Shown: positions 9,179-19,690 of the stretch, one piece after another
How positions within the stretch are numbered: the stretch's first letter is position 1
Layout: every line of letters starts with the position of its first letter
IMG/VR virus record: IMGVR_UViG_3300035698_004085
Coordinates: 64,001 to 128,000 of that record
From: a virus
Strand: one strand, 5' to 3'
DNA length: 64,000 bases
Notes under the pieces: generated by a model
Told to the model about the DNA's origin: nothing
Database searches by the model: none
What the model saw: only the letters and a program-made list of their open reading frames with translations
Program-made: the position numbers and the translations under genes

Positions 9179-10578
9179 TGACATACCCAGTACAATTTAA
9201 TATGCCTGTGGGCTTGGACAGTGTTAGCGCACCATCCGATACTTCAATTTATCGGTTTTACAAGCCGTTGCCCCATGAGAAGGGGAAAAAGGAGACTAAT
9301 GAACTGTTTATTCCTTTGTATGACCCTTCGAAGTGGCAGATGTTTAATCCAACGGCTGAAGTCGCTGCTCGATTTGGTCTTACTGGTGTGAATCCTCTTG
9401 CTCCTATTGGTGAGGAACCTGTATTTTATACGTGGTATTTTACTGTTGGCACTCACTCTATTTCAAATTTTAAGCGTAAAGATGGGTCTACCGGGTTTGC
9501 TTCGGTTATTTGTCCTGTTCGGCTAAACGACTATTTGGTACGTGAGTTGGGGCGTCGTCCTCTGTTCAACAATCCTAGATGTGCTCATTGTGAGGCTGAG
9601 AAGAAGGCTTGGGCTACTTTCAACGCTAAACGGGATGCTGTAATGGCTAACTTGGGCATTGACCGTAAGGAGCTTAAGACTGACGGATACAACAAGATTA
9701 TTGATGGAGATCCTGAGCTTTTTGAAAGTCGTAATTATGCTAAGTCTCTTAGGATGGTTGATAAGTACATTCTGAATGTATTTGATGTTGGTAAGCAAAA
9801 GGGTGAGCGCCCTATGGACTTTGACGGAGAAACTCTTGCGTATCAAACGTGGCTGACTCCTAAAGTTGTTGCTGAGGGTCTGATTGAGCTGATGCGAGAA
9901 GAGACTAAGGATGGTATTCCTCAATTCTTTATGCCTTCGGAGGATGGTAGCCTTCAGATCATTAAAGTTATTAAATCGACTGAGCGTTGTGTTACCGATT
10001 GGCGAGATACTTCTTACAACGTGCAAAAAGGTATTCGTAATAAGTTTGATGATGCTACGGCTGCTTATTTGACTAATATGGATGCAATGTCAGATCCTTC
10101 TGACCTTGTTTTAATGCTTCCGTATGAAGAAATGGCTATGTATGCTGGTGGCGATAACGCCGACTACAATACTCCTGTAGCAGCGCCTGTTGTAGCAGCG
10201 CCTGTTGTAGCAGCTCCCGTTGTAGCAGCGCCTGTTGTAGCAGCGCCTGTTGTAGCAGCGCCTGTTGTAGCACCTGTTGTAGCAGCTCCCGTTGTAGCAG
10301 CGCCTGTTGTAGCAGCGCCTGTTGTACCTGTTGCAGCCCCTTTTATCCCAGCCGCAGTACCAGCCGCAGCACCTGTACCAGTTGTACCTGTAATGCCAGT
10401 AACTGCGCCAGTTGTTCCTGCGAGTGTTCCTTTTTTACCTCCTTCGGCACAGCCTAGCGCAGCACCTGTTGCACCCGCTCCTGTTGTTCCTCAAGGACCT
10501 TCACCAACTGTTCCTGGTGTTCCTGATAGAACGCCTCCAGCCGGGTCACCTCCTCCTGGTCAAGTGCATAGTTGGTAA
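9178..10578 (+). CDS. Probable single-stranded DNA-binding protein (gp32-like) with a Pro/Ala/Val repeat tail
   Basis: H..SVICP...CAHCE zinc-type motif, YILNV strand, DTSYNV; adjacent to recA; about 130-aa PVVAA-rich tail. Confidence 0.6.
   Translation: MTYPVQFNMPVGLDSVSAPSDTSIYRFYKPLPHEKGKKETNELFIPLYDPSKWQMFNPTAEVAARFGLTGVNPLAPIGEEPVFYTWYFTVGTHSISNFKRKDGSTGFASVICPVRLNDYLVRELGRRPLFNNPRCAHCEAEKKAWATFNAKRDAVMANLGIDRKELKTDGYNKIIDGDPELFESRNYAKSLRMVDKYILNVFDVGKQKGERPMDFDGETLAYQTWLTPKVVAEGLIELMREETKDGIPQFFMPSEDGSLQIIKVIKSTERCVTDWRDTSYNVQKGIRNKFDDATAAYLTNMDAMSDPSDLVLMLPYEEMAMYAGGDNADYNTPVAAPVVAAPVVAAPVVAAPVVAAPVVAAPVVAPVVAAPVVAAPVVAAPVVPVAAPFIPAAVPAAAPVPVVPVMPVTAPVVPASVPFLPPSAQPSAAPVAPAPVVPQGPSPTVPGVPDRTPPAGSPPPGQVHSW
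10174..10325 (+). repeat. 15-bp coding tandem repeat (CCTGTTGTAGCAGCG, encodes PVVAA), about 10 units
   Basis: Directly visible tandem units, one of them 12 bp. Confidence 0.9.
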
Positions 10579-10596
10579 GGCTTTTTGAGGTTCTTT

Positions 10597-10626
10597 GAGG
10601 CTGCGAGTTTAGGCTCGCAGCCTTTC
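10597..10626 (+). terminator. Hairpin between the SSB-like gene and recA (terminator or processing site)
   Basis: AGGCTGCGAG-TTTAGG-CTCGCAGCCT followed by a short T tract. Confidence 0.6.
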
Positions 10627-10655
10627 TAGAGTTCCAAAATTCTTAAGGAGAATAA

Positions 10656-11672
10656 ATGGCAAAATCTAAAGTAAAAAAAGAAGATAAGCTTACGCGACTT
10701 GAACAAGTTATGGTTGATTACAATAAAGCTTCTGATGCTGAGGCTCAAATTACTTTATTAACTGATGACGCAATTATTGATAAAAGCGTTAAGCCCTTAC
10801 CTAGTGGTATTTTATCTCTTGATAAAGCTTTGGGCATTGGTGGTTATCCACAAGGAAGAATTGTAGAAGTGTTTGGTCCAGAATCTTCAGGAAAAACCAC
10901 AATAACTCTGCATGCAATTGCTGAGGCTCAGAGATTGGGTGGGATTGCAGCTTTTCTTGATCTCGAACACGCATTGGATCTAGCCTACGCAAAAAGCTTA
11001 GGTGTACAGGTTGATAAACTTCTGTTCTCACAGCCAAATTCGGGTGAGAGTGCTTTATCCGCCGTATCAACCCTAGCTAATATTTTGACTGCTGGGGATA
11101 TTATTGTAGTTGATTCTGTTTCAGCTTTGACGCCTCAAAAAGAGCTGGATGGGGAAATTGGTGATCAATTTATGGGGTTGCAGGCACGATTGATGTCTCA
11201 GGCAATGAGGATGCTTGTGGGTTCTATTAGTAAATCAGGCGTCATTGTGATGTTCGTGAATCAAATCAGAATGAAATTGAACGTTACGTATGGCTCTCCT
11301 GAGACAACTTCTGGAGGAAACGCACTTAAGTTCTCTGCCTCAGTGAGGTTAGATGTGCGGCGAACAGGATCTAACAAAAAGGGTGAAGAAATCATTAACA
11401 ATAAAACTAAAATTAAAGTTGTAAAAAACAAGGTAGCTCCACCTTTTAAGGAGGCACATACGATTATCAAGTTTGGAGAGGGGGTTCCTAGATCTTCAGA
11501 TGTTCTTAAGCTGGCGATTGACAACGGAATTGCTTCAAAGACTGGAGCATGGTTCAACTATGGTGATATAAAATTAGGACATGGTGAACCCGGAGCTGCC
11601 GATTTCCTTAAGGAGAATCCTGAATTATTGGACGAGATTGAAGCCAAAGTTAAGAAAGAATTAGGGATTTAA
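10656..11672 (+). CDS. recA: Recombinase RecA
   Basis: GGYPQGRIVEVFGPESSGKTT, VDSVSAL, QARLMSQA, GGNALKF, KNKVAPPF. Confidence 0.97.
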   Translation: MAKSKVKKEDKLTRLEQVMVDYNKASDAEAQITLLTDDAIIDKSVKPLPSGILSLDKALGIGGYPQGRIVEVFGPESSGKTTITLHAIAEAQRLGGIAAFLDLEHALDLAYAKSLGVQVDKLLFSQPNSGESALSAVSTLANILTAGDIIVVDSVSALTPQKELDGEIGDQFMGLQARLMSQAMRMLVGSISKSGVIVMFVNQIRMKLNVTYGSPETTSGGNALKFSASVRLDVRRTGSNKKGEEIINNKTKIKVVKNKVAPPFKEAHTIIKFGEGVPRSSDVLKLAIDNGIASKTGAWFNYGDIKLGHGEPGAADFLKENPELLDEIEAKVKKELGI

Positions 11673-11674
11673 GT

Positions 11675-12955
11675 ATGTTTGGTAAAGTTTTACACGGTGA
11701 TTGTATAGATGTTTTAAAAACTCTTGAGGATAACTCAGTAGACTCAGTAATTACAGATCCGCCTTATGGATTAAGTAAGGCTCCTGATATTGCTGAGGTT
11801 ATGAAGCATTGGATAGCGGGCACTAAGTACGACCACGCTTCTAATGGTTTTATGGGCAAGTCTTGGGATAGTTTTGTTCCAAATCCTGATATTTGGAAAG
11901 AGGTTTATAGGGTTCTGAAGCCTGGGGGTTTTGCTTTAGTCTTCGCGGGAAGTAGAACTCAGGATTTGATGGGTATTAGTCTAAGATTTGCAGGTTTTGA
12001 GATAAGAGATTGTCTTCAATGGCTGTACGGTTCTGGGTTTCCGAAATCTTACAACATCTCCAAGGGGGTTGATAAGGCGGCGGGGGTTGGAAGGGAAGTT
12101 GTGGGGACAAGACAGCACCCTACGCTTAAAGATACTAGTAAAATAGATCGTCATGGAAGCCAACAATTTCATGGGGATAATACAATTAGTGATGAGTGGA
12201 ACATCACAGCCCCCGCCACCGAAGAAGCTAAACAATGGGATGGTTGGGGAACTGCGCTTAAGCCAGCTTATGAGCCTATTATCGTTGCTATGAAACCTAT
12301 TGAGAAAACTTATGCTAATAATGCTCTAACCCACGGAGTGTCAGGGCTAAATATTGATGGGTGTAGGGTCGGCGTAGGCGAGAAAGTTCCCGGGGGCGGC
12401 AAGTCAAAAAGAGGTGAGCATGGAGGCGTAGTGTACGGAGATGGCGAAGCGCCTCAAAACGCAAAACCTCACACGAACGGTCGTTTCCCCGCCAACGTAA
12501 TTCACGACGGATCGGATGAAGTGATCGCGGGGTTTCCGTATACGACAAGCGGGGGCGGGGTGAAAAACCCGGTTGGTTCTAATGTCTACGGTGGAAATGC
12601 CTTACTCCCTTCAAAAACAAAGGGTGACGGGGCTTATTGTCCCCCCAGCAAAGGCTCCGCGTCCCGCTTCTTTTATTGTGCTAAGGCTACCAAGTCAGAG
12701 AGAAATGCAGCTATAGAGAATAAGCACCCTACAGTAAAGCCCTTAAAACTAATGGAGTATTTATGTACTCTAACTAAAACTCCTACAGGTGGAGTTGTAC
12801 TAGATCCTTTTGCAGGAAGTGGAACAACTGGAGTAGCTTGTGTAAGAACGGATAGGAGCTTTATTCTTATTGAAAGAGACGAAGAGTCTTATAAAATAGC
12901 GGATAAAAGAATAACACATGAGATTTCTGAAAAGAAAAGTAAATTAGAGATTTAA
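11675..12955 (+). CDS. DNA methyltransferase (N4-C/N6-A, beta class)
   Basis: TDPPY, HPTVKP, VLDPFAGSGTT. Confidence 0.92.
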   Translation: MFGKVLHGDCIDVLKTLEDNSVDSVITDPPYGLSKAPDIAEVMKHWIAGTKYDHASNGFMGKSWDSFVPNPDIWKEVYRVLKPGGFALVFAGSRTQDLMGISLRFAGFEIRDCLQWLYGSGFPKSYNISKGVDKAAGVGREVVGTRQHPTLKDTSKIDRHGSQQFHGDNTISDEWNITAPATEEAKQWDGWGTALKPAYEPIIVAMKPIEKTYANNALTHGVSGLNIDGCRVGVGEKVPGGGKSKRGEHGGVVYGDGEAPQNAKPHTNGRFPANVIHDGSDEVIAGFPYTTSGGGVKNPVGSNVYGGNALLPSKTKGDGAYCPPSKGSASRFFYCAKATKSERNAAIENKHPTVKPLKLMEYLCTLTKTPTGGVVLDPFAGSGTTGVACVRTDRSFILIERDEESYKIADKRITHEISEKKSKLEI

Positions 12956-12982
12956 GTATGTTTCAAAGGAGGAACTAGGCTT

Positions 12983-14083
12983 ATGGAACTTTATAAATTT
13001 ATTGTGTGGGCTGACTCGCACTGGGATAAGTTTGGGGCAAAATGTGTAACCCTTGATGATACTGACGTAGTAGAGCGTGCTATTTTCAAAAGGGCTAAAG
13101 AAGGAGGATTTGACTTCACCCTTTTTGCTGGTGATAGGTACCTCAAACGAGAGCCAGATGATGAAACTAAGGTAAGAGCAGATCGCGTAATCTTTGATTT
13201 GGTACATCCTGGTAATATCCCGCATTATCATCTTATTGGTAATCATGACTGGGTAAATAACACGATGCGCTGGCATACAGCAGAGTCTATGAAGCTATTC
13301 AACAATGTTCATGTAATGGATGAGGCTAAGACTCATTTGTTCAAGAATGTTAGAATTCACGCTTTACCAGCAGACTTTGAGTTTGATCTTAACAAGTTTC
13401 AAACAGATCCTTCTTGTTTAAACTTGTTTGTATTTCACGATATGCTTAGGGGGGCTTCTTTTAACGAAGAGAATACCGTTCTTATTGAAACGGGTATTGA
13501 ATCTGCGGCAATTGATCTTCCTCAATTTGATGTTGTGTTTGCTGGTGATATTCATATTAGGCAGCAGTTTAACCTTACTCATACCTTCGGAGGTTATCTA
13601 GGATCTGTAACGCAAAGGAACAGGGGAGACTCTAACATTGAAAGAGGCTGGACAGAAGTTACGGCAACTCGTAATTCTCCTAATACTAAGTGGTCTTTTG
13701 AGACTAGATTTGTTCCTACGCGAAACCTCTTTACCAGGGTAGCTTTCAATATTCAGGATGACACTTTGTTTGAGTCTATTCAAATTCCTGAAGAAGACAT
13801 GCTTGACCAGCTCGTTGAGGTCAAGTTAGCCGGTTCAAAGGCTAACGTAGACCGGATAGCTGATGATCCTAGATGGAAAAAGATGGAGAAGCAGTATAAG
13901 GCGCGTCTTATTGATATTCTTAGGGCGTATGAGGTTCAACAGTCTGACGTAGTAGTTGACTTAACCTCTTCTAACAGTATTTATAACGATGCTGAGCTTT
14001 ATCTGCAGAGTTCTTTTGCGAGCCTTGGTAGGTTAAAGGCAGACCAAATTATGGATGCGCTGAGAAAGATGAGGGAGGAATAA
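12983..14083 (+). CDS. SbcD/Mre11-like metallophosphoesterase nuclease subunit
   Basis: ADSH, AGD, IGNHD, GDIH, YLGS motifs; upstream of an SbcC-like ATPase. Confidence 0.88.
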   Translation: MELYKFIVWADSHWDKFGAKCVTLDDTDVVERAIFKRAKEGGFDFTLFAGDRYLKREPDDETKVRADRVIFDLVHPGNIPHYHLIGNHDWVNNTMRWHTAESMKLFNNVHVMDEAKTHLFKNVRIHALPADFEFDLNKFQTDPSCLNLFVFHDMLRGASFNEENTVLIETGIESAAIDLPQFDVVFAGDIHIRQQFNLTHTFGGYLGSVTQRNRGDSNIERGWTEVTATRNSPNTKWSFETRFVPTRNLFTRVAFNIQDDTLFESIQIPEEDMLDQLVEVKLAGSKANVDRIADDPRWKKMEKQYKARLIDILRAYEVQQSDVVVDLTSSNSIYNDAELYLQSSFASLGRLKADQIMDALRKMREE

Positions 14084-14087
14084 ACCG

Positions 14088-14270
14088 ATGAAGTTAGTAA
14101 ATTATAGATGCGCTAAGTGCGGTAAGGAATTTGAAGAGATTTTTAATGACACCGAAGACCAGCCTGAAGAGCTTCCAGGCAAGTGTAAGGATTGTGAAGG
14201 AAAAGTTGTTAAAACGTGGAATATTAAGTCGAACGCTCATGCGTGGAGATGGAACGATAACAGCTTATAA
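14088..14270 (+). CDS. FmdB-like zinc-ribbon protein
   Basis: YRCAKCGKEFE...CKDCEG. Confidence 0.75.
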   Translation: MKLVNYRCAKCGKEFEEIFNDTEDQPEELPGKCKDCEGKVVKTWNIKSNAHAWRWNDNSL

Positions 14271-14281
14271 GGAGATTTAGT

Positions 14282-16591
14282 ATGGCTGACCTGTTAAATA
14301 TTTATTCTGTTAACCCTACTGGAATGTTTAGTTTCGGTAGGTGCGCTGACTATGTACTCAGAAATAAAGGAATGGTTCACCTTTTAGGGCATAACGCCGA
14401 TAAAGGCGGAGACTCTAACGGATCTGGTAAGTCTTCTTTGTTCAATGCCCTATGTGAAGTTCTTTTTGGGGAGAATCCTACTGGAGAAAAGGGAGACTCA
14501 ATAGTAAACTCTGTGTGGGATAAGGGGATGGCTGGTAGAGTTCTGTTCACAAATTGGCAGGGTGACCATTATCGAGTTACTTATTGTCGTAAATGGAAAG
14601 AACAGTTTTATCCTTCTGATGTTGTAGCAGCTGACGGAAGTCATATTGCTTATGTAGGAACTTCTATTTTCTTTGAGAAGCACGAGAACGGAGTTTGGAT
14701 TGACCAGCGCGGAAACGGGATGCCAGATACTAGAAAGAAGATTTTAGAGACTATTGGTCTTTCTTATGATCGGTTCCTGGCAATTGCTTATATGAGTCCT
14801 AGAATTGGTGACCAGTTCTTGAGAGGGACTAATAAAGATCGTATGGATATTCTCTCAGGAATTACAGGCATTGAAGAGTGGGATAGAATTCTGGATAGAT
14901 GCCGTAAGAAAAAGAAGTCTTTAGGTCTTCAAATAACCGATCTTGATAAGAAGGCAGAACGTGAGAGAGGGGCTGTAGAGACTCTTAGAGAGCAGTTACA
15001 GAGCGCTCAAGCCTTTGACTGGGATCAACACATAAAGAGCTTAGAAGAGCAGCTACGCCAATCTAGGGGTGCTTGGGCTATTGCTAACAAGAACAGTCAA
15101 GCTTTAAGTGCTCAAATTACCGCATTAGAGGTTGAGCAATCTAATTCGTATGATCAAGAAAAGATTGTTAAGCTCAATAAGAAGATTGAGGAATTGACTG
15201 AGGAGCTGAGAAAGAATGAACTAGTTCTTTCAAGACCTGTTAATATTGAGGAAGACTCTAACCTAAGATTGACTTTGAATGGCGTTGTTACTCAGTTAAG
15301 TCAGGCTCAGTTTGCTTATACTAATAAACAGTCTGAAGGAGTTGTTTCAAATCCTCCTGTAGACAAAAAGTTGGAAGATGCGGTTACTGAGGCTAACGCG
15401 GGAAGGGATAAGTCTCAAGGTGCTTTAGGGGCACTGTTAGGTGAGTCTGGAGATCTTTTGAGCATGAAGGACTGCCCAACTTGCGGTAGTAGGGTTACTA
15501 AGGTTAAAAAAGATAAGATTCAAGAGAAGATAGATGGTCTTCAGGATGAGGTTGCTGCTTATGAGGGAGCGGCGAGTTTGGCTAGTGAGGTTGTTAAAGT
15601 TGCCAGGGATAAAATGGTTTCTGATCTTGAGAATCGCCGACAGCTAGAAATGGTAGATCTCCAAGTCAAGATTAAAGAGTTAGAAGCCAATAAATGCACA
15701 TGGGAATCTGCCCTTCAAGAAGATAAGTCTGCAAAACTAGTTAAAGCTGATGAGAATAGAGCTGAAGTAACCTTAGTCGTTACAGGACTACGTAACAAGA
15801 TTCAAGGGATTAGGGATGACATTCAAAAGGAGAGTGAAGTCTACCAACAATTTGATGCAACCCTAAAAGAACATCAAAGTCGGTTACCTGCTTTTCAACA
15901 AGAGATGAATGACCATCAAGCAGCTGGGGTTAATGTACAGGCTCAGGTTGACCAAGCTAACGTAAGTTTAGAGAATATTAAAGTCTTGGAATCCCAAATT
16001 AAAGAAAAGGGAAGGGAAGTTAAGTTCTTTGACGATGAGATTTTGCAAGTTAGAAATGATTTGTCTGTCTATTTATGGCTGATTGATAACATTCCTGCTA
16101 TTAAGCTGCATAAGATGTCTGTAGCAATGGCTGAGATCTCTGATTTAGCCAATAGTTATTTTAGTGACATGGGAGATTCTTTACGGGTTAGCATTACTTC
16201 TTTCGAGGAGAAAACCAAGAAAAAGAACGCTGCTGACATTAAAGACCTTATGAAGTCAGAGGTAAATATTGAGGTTACTGACGGAATTAAGAATATCTCG
16301 CCTAAGCTCTATTCAGACGGAGAGGTTGGTAGGATCTCTTTAGCGATTATTAGGGCTTTGCACGAAATGGCTCGAAAGTCTGGTCAAGGTTGTAATTTAA
16401 TGCTTATGGACGAGATCTTCTCGTTTGTAGATATGAATAATAGTCAACGAATTGCTGACTTCTTTAGTAAGTTAATGAAGCGAGGAACTGTGGTTGTTAC
16501 GGATAACTCAGGAAAGGTTAATGACTTGTTGAAGTTTGATAACGTTTGGACGGTAACCAAAACTAATGGACAATCGGTACTGGAGGTATAA
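14282..16591 (+). CDS. SbcC/Rad50-like ATPase
   Basis: Walker A NGSGKSS, coiled coils, zinc hook CPTC, signature YSDGE, Walker B LMLMDE. Confidence 0.92.
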   Translation: MADLLNIYSVNPTGMFSFGRCADYVLRNKGMVHLLGHNADKGGDSNGSGKSSLFNALCEVLFGENPTGEKGDSIVNSVWDKGMAGRVLFTNWQGDHYRVTYCRKWKEQFYPSDVVAADGSHIAYVGTSIFFEKHENGVWIDQRGNGMPDTRKKILETIGLSYDRFLAIAYMSPRIGDQFLRGTNKDRMDILSGITGIEEWDRILDRCRKKKKSLGLQITDLDKKAERERGAVETLREQLQSAQAFDWDQHIKSLEEQLRQSRGAWAIANKNSQALSAQITALEVEQSNSYDQEKIVKLNKKIEELTEELRKNELVLSRPVNIEEDSNLRLTLNGVVTQLSQAQFAYTNKQSEGVVSNPPVDKKLEDAVTEANAGRDKSQGALGALLGESGDLLSMKDCPTCGSRVTKVKKDKIQEKIDGLQDEVAAYEGAASLASEVVKVARDKMVSDLENRRQLEMVDLQVKIKELEANKCTWESALQEDKSAKLVKADENRAEVTLVVTGLRNKIQGIRDDIQKESEVYQQFDATLKEHQSRLPAFQQEMNDHQAAGVNVQAQVDQANVSLENIKVLESQIKEKGREVKFFDDEILQVRNDLSVYLWLIDNIPAIKLHKMSVAMAEISDLANSYFSDMGDSLRVSITSFEEKTKKKNAADIKDLMKSEVNIEVTDGIKNISPKLYSDGEVGRISLAIIRALHEMARKSGQGCNLMLMDEIFSFVDMNNSQRIADFFSKLMKRGTVVVTDNSGKVNDLLKFDNVWTVTKTNGQSVLEV

Positions 16592-16593
16592 GG

Positions 16594-16818
16594 ATGATTA
16601 AAAAAGGTGATAGAATAAAGATAGTGTCTGATGGTACGATAGAAGGTACTAAAGTTCTTAATTCTGATGGAGAGCTTATACCTAGAGTTCAGAAGTTGAC
16701 GGTTTCATTATCCGCTATTGATACTATTCCTAAAGCAAACTTAACTATTCTTATTCCTGAACTGGAATTGACAAATGTAGAAGTGACCGAAGTTGAAGAA
16801 GTTAAAATGGAGGTATAA
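16594..16818 (+). CDS. Hypothetical protein
   Basis: ORF with RBS within the operon. Confidence 0.55.
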   Translation: MIKKGDRIKIVSDGTIEGTKVLNSDGELIPRVQKLTVSLSAIDTIPKANLTILIPELELTNVEVTEVEEVKMEV

Positions 16819-16821
16819 ATA

Positions 16822-17403
16822 ATGGACGATGTCCTAAAAAGAAGAATGGAAAGATTCGATAACGTAGAGGAAGAGATTTCAGATGAGGTTACTAGCCCTT
16901 TAACTAGTCAGCACCCATCTCATATTCTTCAAGCCTCTGCAGGGATGTGCGGGATTGAAGAGCCTGCTAACGATGAAGAAGATGCTACTGCGTCAATGGG
17001 GTTAGTACAGAATCCTTTTTCTAAGGATGAGTCTCCAATGGTTTTGCTGAGGAGTGAGGGAGTTGAATACCTGGGAGGCTTTGGTGGAGATTATGATGAT
17101 GGAAGTATAGAGGTTATCTACCCTATGCGCTATATTGAGCAAATGGGTCCTCCTACAACTCCAGAAGCTGGTCCAGAACTTATGGTAGGCGCTCAAAAGG
17201 TGTTCTTAGCATTGTCTATTCCATCTTCTATGAAGTTTTCGTATAGTTACCTTTACTTTTTGCCTGCTGACACTCAAACCTCTAAAGAGGTTGTTTCTCT
17301 CTATGAAAGCGCTGTTAAATCTGCAATGGCTGGTGATTCTAACTTGGAGGCTCCTTCTGCTAAAGATGTATTAGCTTATGGCAGGGGAAATGACTCGCAA
17401 TAG
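16822..17403 (+). CDS. Hypothetical protein
   Basis: ORF with RBS GGAGG. Confidence 0.6.
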   Translation: MDDVLKRRMERFDNVEEEISDEVTSPLTSQHPSHILQASAGMCGIEEPANDEEDATASMGLVQNPFSKDESPMVLLRSEGVEYLGGFGGDYDDGSIEVIYPMRYIEQMGPPTTPEAGPELMVGAQKVFLALSIPSSMKFSYSYLYFLPADTQTSKEVVSLYESAVKSAMAGDSNLEAPSAKDVLAYGRGNDSQ

Positions 17404-17617
17404 AAGGGAAGAAAAGCCTAATTATAGAATAATGTTTTCTCGTGATGTTGAGAGAAACGATGTTAGACTATTAAATGGGTGTTTCTCAGGAAAATGGCTG
17501 AGAGAACTGTGGGCTGAGAGTCGTGAAGCAAAGGACTATATCTACAAGTATATCTCAACTGATTTGGACCCATTTTTACAAAGCATTTTAAAGTCTTTGT
17601 TGTGTTAGGAGTTTTGG

Positions 17618-18172
17618 ATGTCTGAAGATTTCGAAAGAGTGGTTATGGCAATAGATCCTTCTTTAACAGGATTTGCTATTGTTATTATCGGCGATACTGG
17701 AGTAATATTTTATAAGGAAATGTCTACAAAACCCGCTAAGACGCTTAAAAGCAGGTTTGCTAGGTATCAAAAGCTTGTTGACTTCGCTAAGGAGGCTAAT
17801 ACTACCTATCAACCAGACATTATCTTAATTGAGGGATATTCTTACGGGTCAAAAGGAAGATCTGTTATCTCGTTAGGGGAGCTTGGAGGAGTTTTAAGAG
17901 AAACTTTATTGTCTGATGCTAATCTTCCGCAATTTGTAGAAGTTCCACCAACAACTTTGAAGAAGTTTATTACAGGAAAAGGCAATGCTTCAAAAATAGT
18001 TGTTGCAACTTCCTTAGCAAAGAGGTATAATATGGCGTTTGAATCTGACAATCATGCCGACGCTTACGGGCTGGCAAGGATGGGTAGGTGCGTTATTGGA
18101 GCTGAAAAGTGCGAGACAAAAGCTCAGCAAGAAGCCGTAGACGTTGTTCTAAAAACATTGGGAGAAGGATAA
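17618..18172 (+). CDS. ruvC: Holliday junction resolvase (RuvC-like)
   Basis: MAIDPSLTGFA, ILIEGY, PPTTLKKFITGKGNASK, DNHADAYGLA. Confidence 0.88.
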   Translation: MSEDFERVVMAIDPSLTGFAIVIIGDTGVIFYKEMSTKPAKTLKSRFARYQKLVDFAKEANTTYQPDIILIEGYSYGSKGRSVISLGELGGVLRETLLSDANLPQFVEVPPTTLKKFITGKGNASKIVVATSLAKRYNMAFESDNHADAYGLARMGRCVIGAEKCETKAQQEAVDVVLKTLGEG

Positions 18173-18175
18173 AGA

Positions 18176-18460
18176 ATGGAGACATTTAAGACATTAGATA
18201 TTGGAGTGGTTAACTCCCTAAAAGAAGGTAAGGATATTGACCTTATTGATATTAGTCAAGATCTGATGGGAGACGTTATTAGGCATATGGCTATGGACGT
18301 TGAGCCTAGTCTGGAGTATGAGTTTATTATTAAAGGATTGATAGGATCGTTCGGTAGATCAAGCATTGAACTAAGAATTAATAAACGTCTAAAACCTGGA
18401 TCTATTAGGTTTCTAAAAGATAGTAAAGTAATAATTAGAGCGCAAAAACAGGAGGAATAG
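18176..18460 (+). CDS. Hypothetical protein
   Basis: 94-aa ORF with RBS. Confidence 0.55.
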   Translation: METFKTLDIGVVNSLKEGKDIDLIDISQDLMGDVIRHMAMDVEPSLEYEFIIKGLIGSFGRSSIELRINKRLKPGSIRFLKDSKVIIRAQKQEE

Positions 18461-18463
18461 AAA

Positions 18464-19690
18464 GTGACAAAAGAAGAAATGACCGTAGAAGAGAAACCAG
18501 CACTCCAAATTGACCCTCTTTCCCAGTCTTATAAAGCTACTGTTTCAGTTAGCTATGAGGAACTTAGAGAAGCTTGTGACGAATATTGGGATAAGAACAA
18601 GGAAGCCCTAGCCAAGGGTTACAAAGGCAAGAAAGGTAAAGGCGGTAAACTAGACTTTAAGAAGGCTAAACTGGCTCTAGAGGCTAATGTAGGGACTTCT
18701 AAGCTGTATAGACAAGTATTCTCAGAGAAGGCTAGCTCTGCAGTTGATGCTCTAGCTGATAAAGAGATCATGCTTATCACTGATTCAGCTGTTTTTAATT
18801 TTGAGCCTGACGCTGAGCCTACTGTGCTAATCATTTTCCATTATTGGCCAGAACTCATTAGAAATGGAGATCTAGACTTTGATCTAACCAGACTTGTTCC
18901 ACGCGACTTTGAACAAGCTTATGTTGAGAGGTGTAATGATCTTTCCCTTCAGAATCCTCTCCATCCACCTTTGGAGAATGACTCTGAAATTAGACCTAAT
19001 CATCGCGTTCTAATGGATGTTATTACGTCTTGTGAGGGAGAACCTTGTGAAGACGGAACTGTAAGAGGTCAATGGAATCAGGTTAAGGATCTGGCAGTAA
19101 CAGAACTTATTGAAGGAATTTGCGCTCATAAGAAGGGAGACTTGTTTGAAGTCTCTTTTGATAGTCCTTATGACGGAGATTCTAAGGGTAAGACTCTTGA
19201 TGCTCACGTAAAGATCCACGAGACGACTGAAGTGGTGTATATCAGCGTTGATTCTGATGAGCTTTATAAAATTGTTAATTGCGATACTAGAGAAGCTTTT
19301 AAAGAGAAGTTCGAGCAAGAGTACGCTGCTTACATGGATAATTCTGAGAAGCATCAGGCTTATAACCACATTATGGAGCAGGTTGTAATGTCTGGGAAGA
19401 TTGAGCCTCCACCTCAGCAATATTTGAATCTTCAGGTTGATTCTGCCATTAAGCGTCACTTTGAGCAATTTAAGGGTGACAAGGTTAAAGCGCTCCAGGT
19501 TGTAGGGGCTAAAAACGAGTCTGAGTTAGCAGAGTTGTTCCAGGGTAACTTCATTCAAGAGATTGTTAAGCAAATGGGCATTAAGTGGTATGCAAAAGAG
19601 TACGGCATTGATTCAGACGCTGAGAATGTAGCCAGTCATATGCTTACTCAAATCACTTGGAAAGACCCTGATCCTATTAAAGCTGACTAA
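18464..19690 (+). CDS. Trigger-factor-like chaperone (divergent)
   Basis: 408 aa; N-terminal YKATVSVSYEEL..GYKGKKGK resembles the GFRxGxxP ribosome-binding region; FKBP-like ELIEGICAHKKGD..VSFDSPY..GKTLDAHVKIHE; SDELY..REAFKE helical C-domain. Confidence 0.7.
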   Translation: MTKEEMTVEEKPALQIDPLSQSYKATVSVSYEELREACDEYWDKNKEALAKGYKGKKGKGGKLDFKKAKLALEANVGTSKLYRQVFSEKASSAVDALADKEIMLITDSAVFNFEPDAEPTVLIIFHYWPELIRNGDLDFDLTRLVPRDFEQAYVERCNDLSLQNPLHPPLENDSEIRPNHRVLMDVITSCEGEPCEDGTVRGQWNQVKDLAVTELIEGICAHKKGDLFEVSFDSPYDGDSKGKTLDAHVKIHETTEVVYISVDSDELYKIVNCDTREAFKEKFEQEYAAYMDNSEKHQAYNHIMEQVVMSGKIEPPPQQYLNLQVDSAIKRHFEQFKGDKVKALQVVGAKNESELAELFQGNFIQEIVKQMGIKWYAKEYGIDSDAENVASHMLTQITWKDPDPIKAD

